Source: Trichoplax adhaerens (Eukaryota > Animalia > Placozoa). From it: 64,000 bases of DNA. Where the stretch lies: NCBI RefSeq assembly GCF_000150275.1, contig NW_002060944.1, forward strand, positions 1,722,911-1,786,910, given 5' to 3'. Under the pieces are notes generated by a model that saw only the letters and a list, made by a program, of their open reading frames with translations, was not told the DNA's origin and made no database searches. The position numbers were made by a program, and so were the translations under genes. Shown piece after piece: positions 1 through 12,800 of the stretch (positions within the stretch are counted from its first letter, which is position 1; every line of letters starts with the position of its first letter).

Positions 1-51
1 TTTCACTATTCCGAATTAACGACAAATATATATATACACAAAATTCTCTAG

Positions 52-3000
52 TTTCCTTATCGCGTTCCGAAATCTAATGAACCAAATAAAGCCCTACGAA
101 GTTTAATACATGTCAGGAAGGATTCTTTAAAATTAAGCAGGTAGGACAGTGTTAGATCAATATTTGCTATTGATTTATAGCCCCCCGTAAAAGGTCTTTG
201 ATAATTTCTTGGTAGTTTTGACTTGACGATATAGTTTTAGTATAATGTACGAAGGAAAGATCTCAACTTCATTGTAAAGTTGATAAATTAAGTATATGAT
301 AAGAATTTCTAGATACTGAACTCTAATTCCGAAACTGATAGTATCGTTAGTAGCCTTTAGTGATATTAAGCGGTTTAGCTAAATTTTATCTATTAATAAA
401 ACATTAATCTTCGTTAATTTTTAGATGCACAGAGACAGATAGGGATCAAAATAACAGATACCACCTTGAATTTACCTTCGATGCTGATATCAATTGCGCG
501 ATTAGAATTTTTTACATCGCAAAAGAGGAAATATCTAATGGAAATCTGATGTAATTTTTAGCCTATACTACCATACCTTCGCATATATTATTTAATTAAT
601 ACTAATCTAAATTTATTATGGGTGATACACAGATACACACCGAAATCTCAAAATTTGGCGTCTCCCAAGTTTTACTATGAAAAGGGATCGAATCAACATT
701 TTAATCAGTCTAGAAAACATTCTATCAATCTTCATGATCTCGAAAATGATGAGGTAACTACCGTAATTGTGTCGACATGGCTACTGCTGTACTTGCAGTC
801 ATATACAACATTGGATTAACACGCGCGCTATTTTTACTTCAAATAGCTTACTGTTTCAATACCCATGGGCGACAAAGGGAATATCGTCTATCCTGTAGTT
901 ATTCAAATAGATTCTGACGACAATGAAGGTAAAATTAATGGCTACTAGAAATGATAAATACATTTTCATCTTGAGTGTTATTCAACAATGGTGTACTACA
1001 CCATTGTATGGTTAGGCTTAGTTTATATCTGTTAGATAGCAATGATATTGTTTGTATTTTATAGACCTTGTTAATCATTCTCAAGTGACGTTTGCAACTT
1101 TTGAGAAAGTAAGTTTTTAATAAATTAGCTATGATAAATCTAGCTTTGTAAAATTTTTATCTCTTCGTGAATTCTCAATATCTTGCTATTTGAAATAGCT
1201 CCAAGGCGACATATATACTGTGAAGCCCCTGAAACAGAAGCAGATGGTAAGTTATTAAATGTAAATTTACTTGTTTTGATGTTTAAAAATTGTATATCAG
1301 TTTACGTAAGCTGGTAAGCCCTTGTCTACCATATGTGTATTAAAATTCATCAGTCCATACCGAACATGTCAAATTAAAAGTTTTGTTATAACAGGTTGAT
1401 GGAATTTGGTTCTTAATCCAAGAAATTTACGGCATAGAGAATAAAAATATTCGTGAGGATGAGGAAACCGGAGATGCTACGGGTGATCAAATAGACGATG
1501 CGTCCGATGATTGTGTCGTTTGCTTAAGCAAGAAAAGAAATACAATCATTCTTCCTTGTAGACACCTGTGTTTATGTAGTGAATGTGGTAAATAAATTTC
1601 ACGACAATTCGTGTATAGAATGTAAAGGAATCTGATAGTATGCTAATGAACAATTTGCCGTCTATCCCATAATAGCTGATTCTCTACGTTACCAGTCTAA
1701 CAATTGTCCAATTTGCCGATCACGTAAGTAATTGCTTTATTTGAAATATCACTTAACTCTGAAATTAGTTAATTGACAATAATTTAATGTACACGATTAT
1801 CGTAAATATTTTCGCATAGCATTTCGGGCATTACTTGGCATTCAGGCTTATCGCCACAAAAGTGAAATTAAGAATAAGCAGGTTCGCTTACATCAACCTT
1901 ACTTAGCTCCTAATTCTGTGCTAGTAGCATGCTAGTTTATAACCTAATACTGCTTTAAACCAAATTTACAACGCTAGAAATCTCGTAATAATCGCAATGG
2001 ATTCGAACCTACCCCATTAGTTGAGATTTTAAATGGCTCAAAAGCAACGAAATCAAATGGTAAGACTTTAATAGCGATTTTACGTCATCATCTTAATTGG
2101 GATAATAAATGTAATAGTACAACCATTTCACGACAAATAGGTACCCGAGTAACCGTGATTGACTCGAATTGTTCTACAGAACCTCGATTTTCAAGGTATG
2201 AGATATTGTGGTATTATAATTGGCAAAATTTAAAAAGGATTGATATGTAATTAATGCATCATTGATTTTCCGTTGATTATAACTAGCTTGACGCTAATCC
2301 AGTCCGTTGAGGAATCTACATCAGCAGACAATATTCAAACTGAATGCCTAACAGAAAGTAAAATAGAATCAGCTGGAAAGAAATACTCCACAACAGATTC
2401 TGCTATTTTAAGAAGTACCAGCAAGATTAGTATTACTGTTCCTCCTGATAAAGATACAAACTACAATGAAACTATCTTTCATAACACGAGTGAAGTATCA
2501 GAAAGAGAGGAACTTACTAATAGAGGCAGCTCGAGTGAGACTGGAAAGAGTAAAAGTAAATATCGCTCTACGGAGCTGAAAGGTAGGAATAGTAGTACAA
2601 TTAAATATACTTGATAAAATACATTAAGTTATATTATTAAACTGATACTGTAAGCTCAACCCTATTGATCGTAACATGGAAGTTTTTGCATGAACAATCT
2701 TTGCTTTATCATCTCATCTCTTTCGGAAACGAATTCTATGACTGATAATTAAGAAATCGCTTCTTATAGTAGACTTTTATCATATGTACAGCAATGATAG
2801 AAGTTAAATTTAGAGTAAATTCTTTAAAGAAAATTTCAACAGTGTGAATAGCATATTTTTGCGAGACGTACCTATATATATGTTAGTAAAAATTAAAGCT
2901 TTCTGTTGAGATTTTCTCTACCACTAATAACAATGCATACCTAAGCCCAATCTCATCTTTGTAGTTATGTCATATTATCGCTTCCTGATATTTCACGGAA

Positions 3001-4498
3001 GAGTGGAGAAAAAGAGGTTTGTTTACAGAGAATGGGGATTATCACAACGTACTACACGATTTGTTACGTAGGTCGTACGCTAATGAGAATACCTTTCTAT
3101 ATCACTTTGATCAACATGTTCAACTTGCTTATATGCGATTTTACAATGTACTACGAGGATTGAAATACTACATTACATTCATGTACTGAGTCACTTGTTA
3201 GGAAATTAAACGTGCATTCAGTACGGGTGTATCACCCCACGGGGATTAAAGTACGACAAATCTAGTAGCAACTACTGGCAAGACTGGTATGCGTGTATTT
3301 AGTTCCATGACTTCTTAAAAGAATGGCATCTGCATTTGTGATATCGTATTTAGCTGTAAGTTAATCACCGTATGTACGTACACAGTGGTTAATATGAAAA
3401 TTCCCAAGACCATGGCCATATCTGGGTCAACGCTGATTAATCAAGCATACATGCTAAGTAACTGTAGAAAAGTGCGCACAATATGCTTATTTTTCTTGAG
3501 TTTGAAATTAAAATTTTCATTTTACTGTATCTCTAAACTATTGTTGATTCTGTTAATGTAGTGCGTACAACTTGTCCCTATTACTAGCAGTAACATTAGT
3601 ACATTAGCGGTTAGAGCAATATCTTAAATTTGCAGCTATATTCCTAAACTTCATTATTTTTGGAAACTGTTTTTTTTTCACCGTGTATTATGAATTTGCA
3701 TGCAGTCAAGTAGCATTGCAAGTAATCGAAAGCATTTACTCCATTTATCAAAATTTGTACAACAGGCGATAGCAGACACCGAGGGAAAGCTAGCGAGGCC
3801 ATCTCTAGACGTCACTCCACCGATGCCAATTTAGGAACTATTGATGCCGATTCGTCTTGGCAAGCTGCTGCTGTGACGCAAGTTATTGCCCCATTAGACA
3901 TAACAAGCGAAAATACTAACGAAGGCTATTCATATAAGGTACCTCGATTTTGCTATTGTTGCCCATTCCTTCAACATAAATGAATTATTAATTAGTTCGC
4001 TGATACGGTATATTATAGGAAAATATCGATAACACTGAGGGTGCGCCATCAGCAATTGTAACTGTTCACGACTCTCCCAGATCTTATGATGGTAATATTT
4101 AATCAAATTGACTATTACTACGCTTACCGCACTAAGATCTCTTCTAAATCATAGTGTATGTCCCAACAGATGAAACAGATTATAATTGCAGTACGCGATG
4201 CACTGTAAGTATATACTGTAACTAGTAGGTTACACATCAATCAATCCATTGATAGTCATTTCTGTATTTGGACATTAATCTCCTGATCTACAAATTATAT
4301 GCCATCTAGTCAGTAAATTGTTCGACGATCGATGTTGCATCGGATGGCACTTCAGATACTAATAGCGTAGACAGCGTCTTATCTGTTCAAAACAATAACC
4401 TCCACTGCGGTAGGGCAGTCTCTGCCCCCGCTAGATCAAAGCCAACGACCATTCAGATACAATCAAGGAATACTGGTGGTGGTTCTTCAGAGGTATAA
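52..4498 (+). CDS. MGRN1: Mahogunin/RNF157-family RING E3 ubiquitin ligase, multi-exon, 5' end outside the window
   Basis: GT-AG exons 52-140 ([29 protein letters not shown]), 425-550 ([10 protein letters not shown]), 633-753, 847-928, 1065-1108, 1199-1246 (VKPLKQKQM), 1395-1587 (QEIYGIENK...[25 protein letters not shown]) and 1676-1723 ([15 protein letters not shown]) match MGRN1/RNF157 motifs. A Ser/Thr-rich tail follows, with a probable stop at 4496-4498. Tail exons are less certain. Confidence 0.93.
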
Positions 4499-5421
4499 TT
4501 TATAAAGTAATGCTAATGAAATAATCGTATATCAATCAAAGTATTTACCTTGTGCATTTTAACTAAGAATTTAGATCTTAATGACCAGTTTTACTATTTC
4601 TAAATGAGATTGCGCATATATAACCACGTTTAAATTTTATTTACTTATTTCGACTGATGTTAGTACTAGTAACTGTAAAATATACTATTATCAACTTCTT
4701 TACTATTGTAAGATTATGTATGTGCTAGTTTTAATTTTATACTTATCATCGCAGCGATGATATGTTATGATTACAGATTACTGGTAATTGATATTTTATT
4801 GTTTTGCTCTGTGAATGTGTGAAAATCCATTAAGAATCTGGCGAATGTTGTATGTAATATACAAAATAGCAGTAAAGAACCTGCAATCTTTGCAGTTGGA
4901 AGTAATACTTTTGCTATAGTTAATAGGATATTACAAGATAATATCAAATTCTGTTATGCTGTAAGATGCTAGAAAATAAAAAAGCTTCAGAGTACGTCAC
5001 TAACGGTCATAAATATTATATTTTGCTTAATGCATACGTAATATTTGAAGCTAATACGTTACGATAGTTTTTATTTTATTTTTTTTTATTGCAATTAATT
5101 ACTAAAATATAGCAATCTCATCTAAATACACTTCTAGCAATAAATGCAAAAGTTAGACTATCAATGATGTAAAAACTTCTGTTCTTTGCAGTAAAATCTA
5201 ATTACACTATGTATTGATCCAACATCTTCTTACTACTTAAAAAACATCGAGCTAATATTAACAGTAATTACTTAAATAAACGATATTATTATTAACGGAT
5301 TTCAAGTAGATGGACATGTATGTAGGATGTAGAAACAGCATCAAAGTTTATTTAGTGTCAGGTCATTGAAGAAGTTCCCTAACAGAGCGATAGCAAATAA
5401 ATACTTTGTAAACTCCATGAC

Positions 5422-8069
5422 TTAGTTCGGCGGGAAAATACGTCGTGGCATAGGCCAAACAACCTCTAAGTGTAATCAAAAACGATTACGTATGAGCAAA
5501 ATGTTACTACCCGTTTATGACTATTGTATAAGCTCATTGAATGGGGTAAAAATGCGACAGATTTTAGTTCACCTAATTCGTAACATGGACCTAGGTTAAT
5601 GATGGTATAACTTACCCTCATCGAGAATAATATTTAGAGGAGCGTAATACTTCTCTTGATATTCTACAGCCCCACATAGCTCATTTGATCTTAGTAAAAC
5701 TTCGATATCACCTAGATTTGACGTCATAACCGATATTTCAATATGTCGAAATCATAAAAAGAGCTTTTCATTCGAATCAATTTATGAAATGAAGTGTTCC
5801 TATCTGGCCGCATTAGCAATAATTTCTTACTTTGTGGGTATAAGTCGCCTGGAGATTTTTCAACCAGAACATCAATAGCTGAATGCAGATTGATCTGATT
5901 CAAAAAGAAATCAAGTACAGGATTTACTTACTTTATGTAAGAGCTATAGAATGTTTCTATCATATTCAAATAGCTAGATCATCTATAGTATTTAAAAATA
6001 ATTTTAAATATGCCGACGGAATCATATAAAATACATTTGTCTTACTTCTGGAACTTTCACTAAATGTTTACTTAATTTTGTTATTGCTCTTAGGCATTGT
6101 AGCACCTAATACAGAAAGATTTGTAGATATGTTATTAAATATAATTAAGATGTAATAATTCTCACGCAACATTATAACATTGAGGAACAATCATTCAAAT
6201 TATTACAGTAACATCTAAAGAATTACGCAATATGTAGCAGATATAGTGGAATGGATAGAAATCCAGTTAAATTAATGCAATAATAGTAGAAGTAAGAAAA
6301 CACGATCACATCACCGAACATTAGCAATGCAGAAATATAAAAATTTTAAATTAATTTATGCATTTATAAGTAAATTCTACGTTACTGTTTACAAAATTAT
6401 TGCTTCAAAGATCTTATTGCTTACCATCACATCTATAGGTTCATTAGAATTTGCATTAGCCAAGTCATTTACTTGAATTGCAGGCATTTCCAGTATATGA
6501 TAACTCCAGTACGAGAACATACGATTGCTTATATGATAACCGTTACGGAAAAATACGAATGTAAAGAATACATGATGTTATATTATAATTGTAAATATCA
6601 AATATGCTGCGTTCTGACGGTAAAGTTGAATGTTATATCACATTTGTACACCAGTATTTGTCATTCATTAAACGCGTAGTAAGTAATTATTTTCTCGAAT
6701 TGATAAGATACATCACTAATCAAGGTTAAAGCTTTCGTATTGCTAATCACGGCTCTATATTATGGTAATAAAAAATTAATCAGTTGTTAGTGCTGATATA
6801 GTTTGAGCTCTTAATAAGTCATTTTAAAGCCTAAGATGCGATTACATCATACCTTTAGCTTAAGATATTTTATTAAGTATCAAAATTATTTTTATCCTCG
6901 AAAATCGGTTAAATAATTAATTAATCATTTGTTCGAGAAATTTCTTACGTATTATTCGCTTCACTCAGCTCCTGTTCTTTGATGATATCATTTAGTGCTT
7001 CAGAAGATACCTAGAATATTAAAATGAAATAGCATATTATTCATAAAACTATATTTCACACTCAAAATTAAATTTTTAGTTTAAGAAAAGGCAACTACCA
7101 ATTTTTGTTACGATTTTGTATAAACATTTCAGCCAAACATTACTAAAGCACCGAAATAGCTTTCGATTACCTCAAGAATATGCATAACATGATATGGGTA
7201 AACAAGTAATAATCCTGTTATACCATCGCCTTCAAAATCGGTTACGTATTTGCGGAATAGATTTTGAAAATAATCTAAGAATTGAATCATAATTATGAAA
7301 ATAAAGACGTTGTCATGGATTAAATCATCTGTAATTAGTATTAAGTTATTATAAATTATATAGTTACTCATTTGGGAGAAACAACCGATGGTTAAAGATA
7401 CATATACCAGCAATGGTTGATAAACTTAAATGAATGAGAAATAACCAACTACAACTGCTAAAGTAGTAGCTCTAGGCAACTTATAAACTTTTTAAAACGC
7501 TAAAAATTGATTTCTTGCTAGTCATGAAGTTCTTAAAATGTACTTAATCTAAAATACCATAGGATAGCCCTAAAGCTAAATGTAGAGTAATCATTTATTA
7601 AGGAAGTAGAACATTTGTTTATTTACTTGCTCTTATAGTATCAAATGCAGTATACAAGCACTACTGGTACTTTTTGGGAAGTGCTTGCGCTGATATTCCA
7701 CTACTATTGTATGTATACGTATGAATACTTTTCTTAGTTACATACGGGGGTACTGGCCGTAATTGATAAACAATATTAAATTTACCTCCAATTTCTTTTT
7801 TGTTATTAACTGTAGGGGCAATTCTTGCAATGTAAATCAAACGATGTAATATTTGTCGCTAAAATTAGCAGTACAAGATTATAAGATTGCCAGTAAGCGC
7901 TACGGTATATCAGCTTTTATTTACAAAATTTTAAGGAATAACTAAGATATGAAAATTATTTTGGATCTACCTTGTTCACAATCTTGTTTTTTTCTGTAAT
8001 GATGTCAAGAAGAGAAATATTGGGTGAATCATAAATAAGGGCACTGTCTGGTCGATGTATACTTGCCAT
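5422..8069 (-). CDS. TEX47: TEX47/DYBLUF-like BLUF-fold protein, paralog A (10 coding exons)
   Basis: Exons: 7971-8069 (MASIHRPDSALIYDSPNISLLDIITEKNKIVNK), ~7786-7858 (RQILHRLIYIARI), ~7172-7274 (GITGLLLVYPYHVMHILE), ~6949-7010, 6712-6754 (AVISNTKALTLISD), ~6425-6532 (ISNRMFSYWSYHILEMP), 6047-6106, ~5830-5893, ~5616-5710, 5422-~5466 (EVVWPMPRRIFPPN*). RLIY, ITGLLL, HILE, RxFxxW and terminal VWP are TEX47-family motifs. Confidence 0.85.
6533..6711 (-). other. Probable U12-type intron with GT...AT termini, at the same position as the paralog B intron
   Basis: 5' end GTATCTTA. Branch-like TTCCGTAAC (6542-6550) lies 9 nt before the in-frame junction ...TCAT|ATA. The nearest AG gives a frameshift and a stop. 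Confidence 0.65.
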
Positions 8070-9811
8070 TTCGCGAAATGATGAGATTTTGGATTATGAT
8101 TGACGCTGTACAATATAGTAATGGACAAATTATAAGTGTACGGTGTAAATTGTCGATTCTATCTGTGACCCCGCACAATGTACGTACAGTAAACAATCAA
8201 ATCATCGGTACTTTTTGTTATATAATATTGCAATTTATTGTCGTTGACTTGTCGGTGAGTTGTTGTACGGACCACTAGAAAGAGATCTCAGTCTCTTCTT
8301 GCGATTTTTGGTACTGCAATATTAAGCATAGTACACTACTCACTATTTGTGACATCATAGATCATCAGTAGTTCAGTACCGTTTATTGCGTGCTTTTCGG
8401 TAAGTAGTATTGTACCACGCGTGAGAAAAATTTTAACTGTACACTATAACGTAAGTTTCCTTTCATTGCCTTGACAACATAACAATAACCTTTCTTAAAG
8501 TTTCTTAACTCGCACAGTATATACTGCATACGTACTATACAGTATACACTACGAGTAATGTACTGCACATTATGACGATCGAAAACGAGATTAAGCCGGA
8601 TACGGAAAAAAGAAATTGACAATCTAGCCTTCAACACTACAGTAGTAGCAATATTCGATGTATCTGATAGTATGGTTTATGGCATGTACACAATATTGCA
8701 TGCTCAAATTTTCAAAGCTTGCTTTGCTGCCGAATAGAATATTTTCGAAATCTACAGCTAGTATGGCCATTATGAACAATAAATAAAAAAGATAGAACTA
8801 TACCTATAAATTCATGCCGTAAGATTATAACGTAGTTTACAGGAGCCCAGCTTTGCTAAAAAAAATAATGAACTATTTAATATGTCATAGATGGAGAGGA
8901 GCTAGACGGGTTGCCTGTCGAGTTTTAAAATTTTCTCTCTTTATTTCGCTAACGTCTGTATATCGTCATACAAATTCGATACTGCATAGAGTATTTACAG
9001 TAACGAAAAAGCTAATAAAAACAAAACTGCAAAAGCAGCCTCTTCGCCGTATACATATTCTAACATACGTACAGACCACAGTCGTACAGTACATTACTAG
9101 TATGTAGATAAAAGCACAGATGTAGATAAGTCGTGCGGAATATATCAAGCATGTAGTTATATAATATTTGAAATTCTCCATATACTTTACACATGGTCCA
9201 TGTAACGGGATAAAATAATCTACGACGTTGCAGAGTCACGGTGATGTTACAACGAACAAAACACGTATTTCACATGTATAGTAAATGTACAGTAAAATAC
9301 TCTAACGAGTATTACCGCTGCTATATCACGTTTAAATTTATTAATAGGTCACTGTCTATTGCTCTTATTATCTCAGTCACAGTCGACTTTATGTACTACA
9401 TAGACAAGACGGTACGTTATAGGGCACTATAAGATCTGTCATCATCCACAATGGATATAATACATTTATAGTCCAACCACGCCGTAACTATTATTCTCTA
9501 TTTTAGTACAGGTCTCATAAATTCTGAACAATCCAAAAACTGAATATTCATTCCTTTATAAATAGCAAGTCTATTGACATCTTAACAGCTCTAGTACAAT
9601 TACTGTACTTACACCAATTAAATGCTAGCTATATTTTATCATTTGTCGTTAATTCTGTTAATTTACGCATTTTATAAATTTTTAAGTCAAATCTTACTTA
9701 ATAGCCACTAATTGTTATTTGCATTATATAGGTGATCCAAATATTCTTAGGTTTTGATGCCCTTGTCGTATTTTACTCTTTTTGTAGTATATTACTACTA
9801 CGCGTATATCT

Positions 9812-12800
9812 CTACTTCGCTTCTAGCGGTTTCTCAGGACAAGGCCAGACAATATCTATCAATCAACAAATGTACGTCTAGTAAATTGTTCATTGCATTT
9901 CAATTTAAGAACTTTTAAGAAATATACATTTGTAGTAGTGATGATTAACTTATTATAAACTGGTACATTTTTTAAACAGAACTAATATAAGCGTTTATGC
10001 GAACAATCATGATATCTAAATTGTTTTATGATAATTAATATTGTAGACTAGACAGGATATCACATGAAATATATCCAATAAACTTATTTTAACTCTTTGT
10101 TACCACTGTCCAATGTTATATCGAAAATTTTCGAATTGCGAGATTGGTAGCTTAAAGCACTACACATATGAGGTGACCCTAATATGTATTTTAGGTACTC
10201 TATCCGAGCATGAAATTTTATGAGTTTAGAATATTAAAATAAATTTTATATTAGCAAAGAATTTCCATTTTTAGATCGAAGTATTATGTACCAGTAAATT
10301 ATATAAGATTAATAATTATAATAAGGATACCTTGATCAATAAGTAAGTTAGGAACATTTTTCTGTAAATGTAAGAGTTCAGATGCCATGTTGCTCTAAAC
10401 CGAAGACGATATCTGTTACGGAAGCTATCAATATCTATCGAAGTACACGGTCAATATACAGTATTCAAAATTTTTTGCCCATTAATCCTATAATTCTAAA
10501 TAGGACCTGTACCTTTGGAATTTTTGATAAGTATCTTCCAATTTTTAGTAACGAGCTTATACATTCTAAGACCTAAGAAATTTGATCGTATGCCATATTA
10601 TTAACGCAGGAAAAACTGTTACAAGTCAAGCGGAGCCTAGTTCTTTATGCAAGAACATTATAGACCATCCCAGTTTGCGACAATGATCAACAAGATATCG
10701 CTGAAACAGTTATACTGACCATACAAAAGCTGCTCTGACTATATCTAGTTAGCCATTGTTCCAACTGGGGTGGCTTAATAAACAATTTTCTACCGATAAG
10801 TATTAATACCTCAATAATTTAGAATAAACGATAGATTCGAAGAACTACGCGTAAGTGATTAAATATATTGTTATGAATCATCTTACAATATCATCTACTG
10901 ATGACGATGGCGATACATATTCACTACTTTCTAGAGGATTCACAATAATGTTGTGGCAGCTCCATTGAGAAAAAACTCGCTTATAGGTTTAGACATAGTT
11001 AAGAACTTTACGTATGAAAATATGCGTATGACATTACATTCAGCAAAGTTGATAAGGATTCATGTTCGGTCTTCTGCGACCATACAAAATGACATAAATG
11101 TAAAAATTATTTTCCATAATTAATTTCAAGCTTCTCTCCTAGTAACAACCACGCAATTACAAAGTTAAAAATTTGGGAAAGGATATATTACTTGACGCCA
11201 TTATGAACCGACAAACTGAAATATAGCCCCTAACATTTTCGATCCAAATACGAACGAATTAGTATGAATAGTAAACATGGAAGTAATAATGTAGCCATTA
11301 CTAATAATTAATGAATAAGAGTTCACCAGGATTACTAAATTTAAACATATTTCAAGTAAGCAAAAGCATGTTGGGCAGTAGTAAATATCACCATTAAATT
11401 GCAATATCATAAACACTCTCAGGTGAAATCAAATAATGATATTTCTCAATTTTACTATAACATAAACTTTCAGCAATTTAGAAATATGTCCTTAAGTATA
11501 CATTAACTGCTGCCTAATTTTTAATTATTATACGAGTTATGCACGGGTAGCTAGCAAAATGACTTCACAAAACTAAGCCAAGCATGGGTAAGAGTATGAT
11601 CTGAAACAGTAATTTTTAGGTAATTTGATGATAGCACTTTTGTGTAGGTACAGAAGTATTTGATATGCATTATGAAGTCTTATTAACGAATCTGAGAATA
11701 TAACGGAAGTTTTATGATCGTATGGTAGAGTTATCAATACATTTCAATAACCAGGTCGATATACCAGTCATCATACTTACATTTTCCCTTTTTCATTATC
11801 AATCAAATCATTTATCATAACTTCATAGTTGTTGTAATCGCACTTCAAATTAAATTCATTAGTATCAGTGTAATTCAAGTATTTTTTAGTTACGATGTTT
11901 AGCTACACCATATGAGACAGAATCATAAAGAAGCTTTACTTAATCATAATCGTCATAAAGAATAAATCTTACCTCAACCAGATGAATACAATATTGAGGG
12001 TAAACTAATAGCATTCCCGTTATTGCTTCTTTTCCGTAATTAATTTCATTAATTTTCAGTAATTTTGTATAGTAATCTTTAATTTATGAAAGTAACTATA
12101 ATTATCACTTCTGTAAATGCATATATACACAGTGTACCGCTACATGAAACTAAGAACATTAGAGAAGAATCAATGTTAAAAGCTTAATTTAATTTATATA
12201 TGCGTATGCTGCAATCGAACCTGAAACATGCATATTACCTACTTACTTTCAAACTACAGAAAATGTCTAAGAGAATCTCGGAAAGATAATGCTAATGTAA
12301 TCAATAACTAATTAACTATGAATAATTGTATGAATATAAAATATCTCTAATCTTCACAAGAAATTTACCTTTTGCAAGTAATTGCATCATAAAATCTTAA
12401 CTGATTTAGCTCATAAACTCTGCTAAGTACAGATGCTTTATAGCTATTATTATTTATCTAACCCAAACGAAATATTTCGAATATTTATTTGTATTTCAAT
12501 ATTAATGAGGTTTGAACGATGATCAATTATTTCCGATTGCTACACATATAAATCTAACCAAAGTTATTCACATGCGTGATCAGCATATGCTACTGCCCAT
12601 AGAGAATAAAGAGAAGCCTAAATGTTTTATTTTATTTTTATCTGTTGTATATCTAATCACATGTATACATACGGTATGAAATTACCACTATAATTTACTT
12701 ATGATACGACGAGCTACCGTTATTATGACAGCAAATTTCAGATATCCAAATAACAATCATTAGAGTAAAGTACTCTATATTTTCCAAAAACTGCTTTTCT

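Noticed and set aside
11652-11691. AG/GT-flanked 40-nt segment with an in-frame TAA, suggesting paralog B is a pseudogene
   Set aside because: The true exon is 11187-11229: 43 nt like paralog A, open frame, followed by a U12 donor.
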